DNA of 64,000 bases from Actinomycetota bacterium (lineage in GTDB: Bacteria; Actinomycetota; Acidimicrobiia; Acidimicrobiales; Palsa-688), in NCBI GenBank assembly GCA_021323695.1, contig JAJPKN010000053.1, positions 10,618 to 74,617 on the forward strand, written 5' to 3'. The position numbers and the translations under genes are program-made. Below are positions 20,154-28,064 of this stretch, piece by piece. Each line of letters opens with the position of its first letter. Position 1 is the first letter of the stretch. The notes below the pieces were generated by a model that was not told the DNA's origin, did no database searches, and was given only the letters and a program-made list of their open reading frames with translations.

Positions 20154-21653
20154 TCACCCCACGGTACCCCCAGCCAGCACCTTGACCAGGGCCTCGACCA
20201 AGCCGTCCATGGTGTGCTCCGAAGCTTCGGCGCTCACCCGCAGCCCCCGCGCGGCCGCCGCCCGGGCCGTCACCGGGCCGCTGCAGGCCACCACCGGGGG
20301 GACCGGCCCGCCCTGGTCCAGGTAGCTGTCCACGGCAGAGGGCGAGGCAAAGCAGATGGCGTCGGCCTGGGCGGCTTGGCTCAGCAGGCGGGGGCTGAGG
20401 GGCGCCGGGACGGTGCGGTAGGCCTCCACCACCTCCACTTCCCACCCCAAGCTGGCCAGGCCCTGGCGGAGCTCCGGCCGGGCACCGCCCGCCTGGGGGA
20501 GCAGGGCGCGGCGGGGCGCGGTCGGGTCGCTGGGGGCGGGCGGGAAGGCGGCGGCCAGCCCCCGCGCGGTGTGGTCGGCGGGCACCAGGTCGGCCACTAC
20601 TCGGTAGGAACGCAGGGCGTCCGCGGTCGCGGTGCCGACCGCTGCCACCTTGGCCCCAGCCAGGGCCCGGGTGTCCGGCACCAGCCGGAACAGCGCCTCC
20701 ACGGCGTTGGCGGAGGTGAAGGCCACCCAGGCGTAGCCACTCAGGCGGCCCGCCGCCTCGGTGAGGGCCCGGCCCCCGTCTGCTGGGGGCCTCAGCTGGA
20801 CCGCCGGTACTTCGACGACCCCTGCCCCCAGAGCTGACAGGCGCTCGGTCAGAGCGGGAGCCTGGTGGGCCGGCCGGGTGACGACCACCGTCTTGCCGAA
20901 CAGGGGCCGGTCCTCGTACCACCTCAGGTCCAGGCTCGCCACCTGGCCGATGACGATGGTGGCGGGGGCTTCGACCGGCACGGCTCCGAGCTCGCCGAGG
21001 ACCGTCCGCAAGCTGCGCTGCTCGGGGCGTGTACCCCAGCAGACCACCGCCACGGGCGTGCTCGGGGGGAGGCCGCCAGCCATGAGGCGCCGGGCGACCT
21101 GGGCGCGGTTGGCCACACCCATGAGGACCACGATGGTACCCCCGGCCGCGGCCAGGGCCTCCCAGTTGGTGGCACCGGCCGCCTCGTCACCGCCGTCGGT
21201 GCCTACCGAACGGCTGTGACCAGCCACGACGGTGAACGCACTGGAGCGGCCCCGGTGGGTGACCGGGATGCCGGCGTAGGCCGGGGCGGCCACAGCCGAG
21301 GTCACTCCGGGGACCACCTCGAAGGGCACTCCTGCGGCCATCAGGGCCTGCGCCTCCTCGCCACCCCGGCCCAGCACGAAGGGGTCGCCACCTTTGAGCC
21401 TCACCACCCGCTGGCCCGCCTGGGCACGCCGGACCAAGATGGCGTTGACCGCTTCCTGGTCTCCGCGCCGGTCCGGCCACTTGCCCACGTCGACCTTCTC
21501 GGCTTGTTCGGGGGCGAGAGCCAACAGGGCGGGGTGGGTCAGGCGGTCGTGGACGACGACGTCGGCCTGCCGGAGGACCTCGGCCCCGCGCACCGTGAGG
21601 AGGCCCGGGTCCCCCGGGCCTGCCCCCACCAGGTACACGATGCCCCTTTTCAT
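20154..21653 (-). CDS. bifunctional uroporphyrinogen-III C-methyltransferase / uroporphyrinogen-III synthase
   Basis: N-terminal VYLVGAGPGDPGLLTVRGAEVLRQADVVVHDRL (SUMT/CobA) and a C-terminal HemD-like half. ATG at 21653 preferred over 21707. Confidence 0.9.
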   Translation of the reverse strand: MKRGIVYLVGAGPGDPGLLTVRGAEVLRQADVVVHDRLTHPALLALAPEQAEKVDVGKWPDRRGDQEAVNAILVRRAQAGQRVVRLKGGDPFVLGRGGEEAQALMAAGVPFEVVPGVTSAVAAPAYAGIPVTHRGRSSAFTVVAGHSRSVGTDGGDEAAGATNWEALAAAGGTIVVLMGVANRAQVARRLMAGGLPPSTPVAVVCWGTRPEQRSLRTVLGELGAVPVEAPATIVIGQVASLDLRWYEDRPLFGKTVVVTRPAHQAPALTERLSALGAGVVEVPAVQLRPPADGGRALTEAAGRLSGYAWVAFTSANAVEALFRLVPDTRALAGAKVAAVGTATADALRSYRVVADLVPADHTARGLAAAFPPAPSDPTAPRRALLPQAGGARPELRQGLASLGWEVEVVEAYRTVPAPLSPRLLSQAAQADAICFASPSAVDSYLDQGGPVPPVVACSGPVTARAAAARGLRVSAEASEHTMDGLVEALVKVLAGGTVG

Positions 21654-21735
21654 GCCTGGCCCCCCGGGCCTGGTGCCGGCCCCCTGGGCCTCATGCTGGC
21701 CGGCCACCTGGGCTTCGTACTGACCCCCCTGGGCT

Positions 21736-22677
21736 TCATGCTGGCCGGCCCCCCACCAGCAGCTCTTGGCCGCCTAGGGCCAGCACACCCTCGGCCACCT
21801 GCCGGCCCAGGGCGTCCGGGTCGCTGGCCGGGCCCTTGGCCCCCTGGCGCACCAGGGTGCGGCCGTCGGGGGAGGCCAGCAGGCCTTCCAAGAAGAGCTG
21901 GCCCCCGGCGCTGGTGGCGTGAGCCGCCACCGGGAGGTTGCAGCCCCCGGGCTCGGAGCCAGGTGCTCCCGCCCCGGCCTGGCTGACCCAGCGTAGGAAC
22001 GAGCGTTCGGCATCGACCTCGCGGCGGGCCACCGGGTCCTCTATGGCCGACAGCGCCCGCATGGAGGCCTCGTCGCCTTCCCGGCACTCGACCGCCAACG
22101 CACCTTGAGCCACCTGGGGGAGCATCAGGTCGGTGCCCAGGGTTTCGGCCTGTTCGTGGGCCAGGCCCAGGCGGTCGAGAGCGGCCCGGGCGACGACGAT
22201 GGCGCCGCCCTCGGGGACCTTGGCCAAGCGGGTGGCGATGTTGCCGCGCAAGGTGCAGAACGACAGGTCAGGTCGCAGCCAGGCCAGTTGGGCTTGGCGG
22301 CGGGGGCTGCCCGTCGCCACCCGCGAGCCAGGGCCGAGGCCGGACAAGGGGCGGCCCACCAGAGCGTCCCTGGGGTCCCCCCGGGGCGGGACGGCCACCA
22401 GGCGCAGACCTCGGGCCGGCAGGGACGGGAGGTCCTTGGCCGAGTGGACAGCCGCGTCCGCCTGGCCGGCCAGCACCAGGGCCTGCACCTCGCGCACGAA
22501 CACACCCTGGCCACCCATTTCCCCTACGGGGACATGAGCCAGGCGGTCGCCGGTCGTGGCCACCGGCACCAGTTCGACCTCCAGGCCGGGGTGAGCCGCT
22601 CGCAGGAGGCGAGCGACGTGCTCGGCTTGCCAGCGGGCCAGCGGGCTCTGGCGAGTGGCCAGGCGGAGCGGCGCCAA
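21736..22677 (-). CDS. hemC: hydroxymethylbilane synthase
   Basis: LRLATRQSPLARWQAEHV, RGNIATRLAK, cofactor Cys in GGCNLPVAAHA. Confidence 0.95.
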   Translation of the reverse strand: MAPLRLATRQSPLARWQAEHVARLLRAAHPGLEVELVPVATTGDRLAHVPVGEMGGQGVFVREVQALVLAGQADAAVHSAKDLPSLPARGLRLVAVPPRGDPRDALVGRPLSGLGPGSRVATGSPRRQAQLAWLRPDLSFCTLRGNIATRLAKVPEGGAIVVARAALDRLGLAHEQAETLGTDLMLPQVAQGALAVECREGDEASMRALSAIEDPVARREVDAERSFLRWVSQAGAGAPGSEPGGCNLPVAAHATSAGGQLFLEGLLASPDGRTLVRQGAKGPASDPDALGRQVAEGVLALGGQELLVGGRPA

Positions 22678-22690
22678 GTGCCCGGTCTCC

Positions 22691-23965
22691 CTACGGTTCG
22701 TCCAGCTCGAACAGCTCCCGCATGGCCCGGCCCAGGGCCTCTCCTTGGGCCGTGCCCGCGGCCGCCTTCAGCTTGACCGTAGGGCCATGGAGCAGCTTGG
22801 CCACGATCCTGCGGGTCAGGGCGTCCACGGCTTGGCGCCCTTCGGGCCCGATGGCGTCCAGCTGGTGCTCCAGGCGGGCGAGCTCCGATCTCCTCAGCTT
22901 CTCGGCCTGGTCGCGCAGCTGGGCGACCAGTGGTGTGACTGCCCTTTCTGACATGGAGCGGCTGAACCGGCCAAGCTCTTCAGCCAGGATCCGTTCCACC
23001 GCCGGCACCTCGGCCTGGCGGTCGCCCACCTGGGCCGTGACGAACCCGCTGATGGCGCCCATGTCGAACAGTTCCACCCCCTCCAGGCCGCCCACCGCCG
23101 GGTCAACCCCACGGGGGACGGCTAGGTCGACGAGCACGAGGGGGCGGTGCCGGTCCCGGGCCTGGGTGGCCGCCTGGACGTCGTTCAGGCTGATGGCGGG
23201 CCCGCCTCCGGCCGTGCAGCACACAGCCGTGTCCGCTCTCGCCAGAGCCGGCACCAGCTCCTCCCAGGGCACGGCTTGGCCCTTCAAGCCAGCAGCCAGC
23301 TCCCTGGCCCGGGCGGGGGTCCGGTTGGCCACCATGACGGGCTTGGCTCCCGCCGCTTTGGCGAAAGCGCGGGCGACGGCTTCGCCCATCTCCCCGGCGC
23401 CGAGCACCAGGGGGCGCTTTCCTTCGAGGCCCCCCAGTGCCGAGGCGGCCATCTCGACGGCGGCGCTGGACAGCGACGTGGTGCCTCTGGAAATGGACGT
23501 CTCGGTACGGGCCCGTTTGCCCGCTTGGAGGGCATGGCGGAAAACGGCCCCGAGGACCGGCCCGGCGGTTTCCTCGTCGCGCGCCACTTCCCAGGCTTGG
23601 CGGACCTGGCCCAGGATCTCAGGCTCTCCCAGGGAGGCAGAGTCGAGCCCGGCGCTGACCCGGAAGAGGTGGTGCACGGCCGACTCCTCGAAGTAGGAGT
23701 AGAGGCTGCCGGAGAACTCCTCGGGTGGCCTCCCGCTCCAGCCCGAGAGGAACTCCCTGATGTCAGCCACTGCTCCGTGGAAGCGGTTGGCCGAGGCGTA
23801 CACCTCGGTCCGCTCGCAGGTCGACAGCACGACTACCTCGTCGATGTGGGGGCGTGAGGCCAAGTCGGCCAAGGCCTTGGCCAGGTCTGTGGGCGCCACG
23901 ACCATGGGTTCCAGCAGGCTCAGCGGGACTGTGCGCTGGTTGACCCCGACGACGACTACAGACAC
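22691..23965 (-). CDS. hemA: glutamyl-tRNA reductase
   Basis: VVLSTCERTEVYA active-site motif and NADPH fold VLGAGEMGE. Confidence 0.95.
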   Translation of the reverse strand: MSVVVVGVNQRTVPLSLLEPMVVAPTDLAKALADLASRPHIDEVVVLSTCERTEVYASANRFHGAVADIREFLSGWSGRPPEEFSGSLYSYFEESAVHHLFRVSAGLDSASLGEPEILGQVRQAWEVARDEETAGPVLGAVFRHALQAGKRARTETSISRGTTSLSSAAVEMAASALGGLEGKRPLVLGAGEMGEAVARAFAKAAGAKPVMVANRTPARARELAAGLKGQAVPWEELVPALARADTAVCCTAGGGPAISLNDVQAATQARDRHRPLVLVDLAVPRGVDPAVGGLEGVELFDMGAISGFVTAQVGDRQAEVPAVERILAEELGRFSRSMSERAVTPLVAQLRDQAEKLRRSELARLEHQLDAIGPEGRQAVDALTRRIVAKLLHGPTVKLKAAAGTAQGEALGRAMRELFELDEP

Positions 23966-24615
23966 GCCTCTAAGCGCTCCTTTGCCTCAGCTCGGCGCCC
24001 CGAGCGTAACAAGTCGAGCATGGCCCAACTGATGGCTGGCCGCCAGTCGACAGCTTCGGTGGACCGGCCCTCCTGTTTCAGCTTGGCCCTGGCCGCGGCC
24101 AGCATCTCGGCCAAGACGGCTACTTCGGGGCCCAGGTCCCGAGCCAGTTCGGCACGGAGCCACGAGGCGAGCGCGGGGCTGTGGCCACCCGTGGACACGG
24201 CCAGCACCACCGGGCCCTGGCGAGCCACCGCCGGCAGGATGAAGGAGCACGAGGCGGGGTCGTCGGCGGCGTTCACCCAGACGCCGGCAGCCTCGCCGTC
24301 TTCATAGACCGCCCGGTTGACCTCGGGGTCGCCGGTGGCGGCCACTGCCAGCCAGTGCCCGGCCACCTCGCCTCGCCGGTAAGGGCGTTCCTCCAGGTGG
24401 ACCTGCCCGACGGCGCCGGCCGCGAGCGTGCGCACGGCGTCGCTCAGGACGGTCGCGACCACATGGACCTGGGCGCCCGCCTCCAGCAGGCCCGCCGCTT
24501 TGCGGCAGGCCACCTGGCCGCCCCCCACCACCAAGCAGCGCCGGCCGGCCAGCACCAGGGCCACCGGGTAGACGCTGGGAGGGGCCAAGGCCTCCTGGGG
24601 GTGGGACGTGCTCAA
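23956..24615 (-). CDS. precorrin-2 dehydrogenase / sirohydrochlorin ferrochelatase family protein (SirC/CysG N-domain-like)
   Basis: CLVVGGGQVACRKAAGLLEAGAQVHVVA Rossmann motif. 10-nt overlap with the hemA start. Confidence 0.8.
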   Translation of the reverse strand: MSTSHPQEALAPPSVYPVALVLAGRRCLVVGGGQVACRKAAGLLEAGAQVHVVATVLSDAVRTLAAGAVGQVHLEERPYRRGEVAGHWLAVAATGDPEVNRAVYEDGEAAGVWVNAADDPASCSFILPAVARQGPVVLAVSTGGHSPALASWLRAELARDLGPEVAVLAEMLAAARAKLKQEGRSTEAVDWRPAISWAMLDLLRSGRRAEAKERLEACL

Positions 24616-25481
24616 AGCGGTGCCGCGTTGGCGTGCAGGTGCTGGTAGTAGCCGAGGATCTGCAGCTCCACCGCCAAGTCCACCTTCCTCAAGCTCACCT
24701 GGGGGGGCACGCTCAGCACGGCCGGGGCGAAGTTGAGCACCGAGGTGACGCCGGCCGCCACCAGGCGGTCGGTCACTTCCTGGGCCGTGGCGGCCGGTGT
24801 GGCCACCATGGCCATGGTGGCGGCCAGGTCGCGTACCACCCTTTCGAGCTGGGTGACCGGGTAGACGACGACGCCGCCCACCCGGTGGCCGACCTTGCCC
24901 GGGTCGGTGTCGAAGGCCGCCACGATGTGAAAGCCGCGCTCTTCGAAGCCCCGGTAGTTGGCCAGGGCCTGGCCCAGGTGGCCCACGCCCGCCAGCACGA
25001 CGTTGTGGACTTCGTCCAGCCCCAGCTGCTGGTTGATGCGGTGGACCAGCAGCTCGACGTCGTAGCCCACCCCACGGGTGCCGTACGAGCCCATGTAGGA
25101 GAAGTCCTTGCGGACCTGGGCGGCGTTCACCCCTGCGCGGGCCGCCAGGCCTTCGGACGAGATGGTGGGCTGGCGGTCGTCGAGCGTCTCGGCCAGGACT
25201 TGCAAGTAGACGGGGAGCCGGCGAACGGTTGCTTCGGGCAGAGGCCTCGCCCAGCCCCCAGGTCCGGTGCTGGCCCGCTCCGGGGGCCCGTCGGCGGCTC
25301 TCGCCTGTGCCCCGTCAGCGGCCCTCGTCCGGGGGCCGTTGCTGGCTGTCGCCCGGGGCCCGGTCCTAGCCCGCTCCGGGGACCGGTTGCTGGCCCTCGC
25401 CCGGGGGCCGTCAGTGGGGGCTTGCCCTTTGGGGGTAGTGCCTCCGAGCAGCTTGGAGCCGGCGGGCGGAACAGCTGGCAT
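24612..25481 (-). CDS. rex: redox-sensing transcriptional repressor Rex with a repetitive N-terminal extension
   Basis: RRLPVYLQVLAETL, VRKDFSYMGSYGTRGVGYDV, LAGVGHLGQALANY. ATG at 25481 lies 5 nt after the stop of the upstream DUF62 gene. The track ORF extends further but overlaps that gene. Confidence 0.85.
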   Translation of the reverse strand: MPAVPPAGSKLLGGTTPKGQAPTDGPRARASNRSPERARTGPRATASNGPRTRAADGAQARAADGPPERASTGPGGWARPLPEATVRRLPVYLQVLAETLDDRQPTISSEGLAARAGVNAAQVRKDFSYMGSYGTRGVGYDVELLVHRINQQLGLDEVHNVVLAGVGHLGQALANYRGFEERGFHIVAAFDTDPGKVGHRVGGVVVYPVTQLERVVRDLAATMAMVATPAATAQEVTDRLVAAGVTSVLNFAPAVLSVPPQVSLRKVDLAVELQILGYYQHLHANAAPL

Positions 25482-25485
25482 CAGG

Positions 25486-26379
25486 TCAATCGTAGGCGGC
25501 CTGAGGCCCAAACTGCCCCGGCGGCCTGCCTGGGCCGAGCGCCTGGGGCCCGCCTGAGCCGAGGTCCTGGGGCGGGTGGGGCAGGAGGTCGACCACGGTA
25601 CCCTCCTGAGCTCCCAGTTCGGCTGCGGCGCTGGCTTGGTTGAAGACGAGAGCCAGCTGGCCGTAGGAGTCGACCAGGATGCCCAGTTCGCCCTCGTGGA
25701 GCTGGGCGAAGGCCTCCACGACCCTGGCCTTTCGCTCCCGGGCCGGCCCCCCTGGTCCCAGGGCCCGGACCAGGACCACTGCCTCGCTGGGCAGCTCAGC
25801 CGGGCCGGCGGCGAGCTGGACGTTGCCGAAGCGGTCGACCCAGGTGACCTCGGCCTGGCAGGAGCCGTCCGGTCCCCGCGTGCAGCGGGGTGGAGCCAGC
25901 CGCACCAGTTGGCCGGGGTCGAGCGGGGCCCCAAGGCCGAGCAGGTCCCCTCCGGCCGCCAGGTGGGCAGCGGCCGGGGCGAAGATGTCGCGTCCGGCGA
26001 AAGTTGGGCCCGGCGCCGGCCTCCAGTAGCCTCGGTCCTGCAGTTCGACCACCCGTTGGGGGCCTCCCAGGGCGTCGGCCGCAGGCAACAGCAGGCCATT
26101 GTCGGGCCCCACCATGGACAGCTCGGCGCCAGCCACCTGCAGGGCGACCCCTCTTCGGTCGGTACCGACGCCCGGGTCCACCACGGCCAGCACCACGCCC
26201 GGGGGCAGGTAGGGCGCGGCTCGCAACAGGGCCAGGCTCCCCGCCCGGACGTCGCAGGGAGAGACCTCGTGGGTGATGTCGATGATCGGGACGGTTGGTA
26301 GGTGGGCGCGCAGGGCGCAATGCAGCGCGCCGACGAACCCGTCGGCCAAGCCGTAGTCGCTCAGCAGGCTGACGGTCAT
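25486..26379 (-). CDS. SAM hydrolase / SAM-dependent halogenase family protein (DUF62, SAM hydroxide adenosyltransferase-like)
   Basis: LLSDYGLADGFVG, VVDPGVGTDRRG, GPDNGLL, TFAGRDIFAPAAAHLAAG. Start is either 26379 or 26421. Confidence 0.8.
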   Translation of the reverse strand: MTVSLLSDYGLADGFVGALHCALRAHLPTVPIIDITHEVSPCDVRAGSLALLRAAPYLPPGVVLAVVDPGVGTDRRGVALQVAGAELSMVGPDNGLLLPAADALGGPQRVVELQDRGYWRPAPGPTFAGRDIFAPAAAHLAAGGDLLGLGAPLDPGQLVRLAPPRCTRGPDGSCQAEVTWVDRFGNVQLAAGPAELPSEAVVLVRALGPGGPARERKARVVEAFAQLHEGELGILVDSYGQLALVFNQASAAAELGAQEGTVVDLLPHPPQDLGSGGPQALGPGRPPGQFGPQAAYD

Positions 26380-26541
26380 CACCGTGGCAGTGCGCGCTAT
26401 GCCGGCCCGCGTGCGCGCCATGGCGGCTTACCGTCCCGCGCCACCTCGAGCCGGGCGTGGCGCCGGGCCCCCTGGCCAGCCAGTCCTCCGTGCGGGTACG
26501 CGGCCCCAGCCAGCTCCTCGTGCGGGCACGAGCCCCAGCCC

Positions 26542-26745
26542 TCAGCCAACCGCGGTGTACTGAGCGGCCAGGAAGCGGTCTATGTCTTCTTCGCGTATGC
26601 GGTAGGACCGGCCGACCCGTACTGCCGGCAGCTGGCCGGACTGCACCAGACGGTAGACGGTCATGTTGGACACCCGGAGCTGCTGCGCTACCTCAGCGAC
26701 AGTGACGTAACGGGACCGAGCCCGGGCAGCGTTCGGCTTGGCCAT
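26542..26745 (-). CDS. small excisionase/MerR-type helix-turn-helix DNA-binding protein
   Basis: 67 aa with VTVAEVAQQLRVSNMTVYRLVQSGQLPAVRVGRSYRIREEDIDRFL. Lies directly downstream of proC, as with the small HTH gene next to proC in mycobacteria. Confidence 0.8.
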   Translation of the reverse strand: MAKPNAARARSRYVTVAEVAQQLRVSNMTVYRLVQSGQLPAVRVGRSYRIREEDIDRFLAAQYTAVG

Positions 26746-26887
26746 TGTTCCACCCTTCTCCGTCTCCGTAGGGTAGGCGATCGCGCCCGCTAACCTCAGG
26801 CCGCTTCCCGACCAGGCAGCCCCGGCAGCCCTGGCTAGCCGGTGGCCGCCGGCCCGCCAGCCCCGCCGGCAACCCGCTGCACCGGGG

Positions 26888-27727
26888 TCAGGCGTCCTCC
26901 GGCGGCGAGGCGCCCATCTCTCGGCTGCGTTGGGTGGCGGCAGCCACGGCTTCGATCACGGCGGAGCGGAACGCTCTGGCCTCCAGTGCCCGCAAGCCCG
27001 CCGCGGTGGCTCCCGCCGGTGAGGTGACCGCCGCCCGCAGCGACTCGGGGCTTTGCCCTGTCTCCCGCAGGAGCCGAGCCGACCCGGCCAGGGTCTGCAG
27101 CACCAGGTCGTAGGCCAGGGGGCGGGCCAACCCCACGGCGACCCCGGCTTCGGTCATGGCCTCGGCCAGGACGAAGACATAGGCAGGGCCGGCACCCGAC
27201 AGCCCCGTGACGGCGTCGAGGAGCGGTTCGGTCACCTGGGCCACTGAACCGACGGAGCTCAAGATCTCCCTGGCCCAGTCCAGGTCCGCCTGCCCAGCCC
27301 GGGCCCCCGGTACGATGGCCGCCGCACCCTCCCTCACCATGGCGGCGGTGTTGGGCATGGCCCGGACCACGGCGCAGCCCTCGGGGGACCAGGCCTCCAA
27401 CTGCTCGAGGCGCACCCCTGCGGCTACGGAGAGCAGGCGCTCGACCTGCAGGCCAGCCAGAGCATGGCAGGCTTGGCGTACGTCGTGGGGCTTGACCGCG
27501 ATCACGGCACCGGCCACCGGGGCGAGGTCGGCGGTCGGGGCAGCCACGACCCGGAGGCCAAGGTGGCGGCCGGCCAAGCCCTCCGCAGAAGCCAGTTCCA
27601 GGCGGCGGCCAGCAGAAACCTCAGCCATAACGACTTGCTCGGGGCTGGCCCAGCGGGCGTCCAGTAGACCGGCCACCAGGGCTTCCCCCATCTTCCCGCC
27701 CCCCATCACCAGCAACCGGACAGCCAT
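26888..27727 (-). CDS. proC: pyrroline-5-carboxylate reductase
   Basis: LLVMGGGKMGEALVAGL, RAMPNTAAMV, VTSPAGATAAGL. ATG at 27727; the track begins at TTG 27733. Confidence 0.9.
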   Translation of the reverse strand: MAVRLLVMGGGKMGEALVAGLLDARWASPEQVVMAEVSAGRRLELASAEGLAGRHLGLRVVAAPTADLAPVAGAVIAVKPHDVRQACHALAGLQVERLLSVAAGVRLEQLEAWSPEGCAVVRAMPNTAAMVREGAAAIVPGARAGQADLDWAREILSSVGSVAQVTEPLLDAVTGLSGAGPAYVFVLAEAMTEAGVAVGLARPLAYDLVLQTLAGSARLLRETGQSPESLRAAVTSPAGATAAGLRALEARAFRSAVIEAVAAATQRSREMGASPPEDA

Positions 27728-28064
27728 GGGCAAACCCTACTCACCCCGGGCGGCCAGGGTGCAGCCCGGCGGGCAGGTGGCTCTGGGCGGGGTGCCCGGG
27801 CCAGGGGTGGCCAGCCGGGAGACCCGGTGGGCGGGTGGCGGTCATACCGGGGTGCCCGGCCAGGGTGGCGGGCCAGAAGGTGCCGGCAGCCCTGGGTGGG
27901 CTGCGACGTTGAGGCCGCAACCCGAAGCCGTGAGCACTTCGTACTTCCCCGAACGAGGTGGCGGCAAGGCCTCGGGCTACGGCAGGGCCAGCGTACCGGC
28001 ACCCCCGGCTGGGGACAAGCCCCCCAACGCGGTCCAGCCGGTCGGAGGGCCCTTGGGCTGGGCC

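Noticed and set aside
24612-26099. 495-aa track ORF extending rex far upstream
   Set aside because: The portion upstream of 25481 overlaps the well-supported DUF62 gene in another frame and has no recognisable features. Rex is taken to start at 25481.
26422-26541. Expected small Lys/Arg-rich ribosomal protein gene (bS22-like), which in mycobacteria lies next to proC and the small HTH gene
   Set aside because: Reverse translation of this gap shows no Lys/Arg-rich mini-ORF, only GC-rich repeats.
27990-28012. T-box-like element on the minus strand (GGGUGCCGGUACGCUGG) in the proC leader
   Set aside because: It resembles the conserved GGGUGGUACCGCG only loosely. No specifier loop or other T-box hallmarks were identified, so it is not called.
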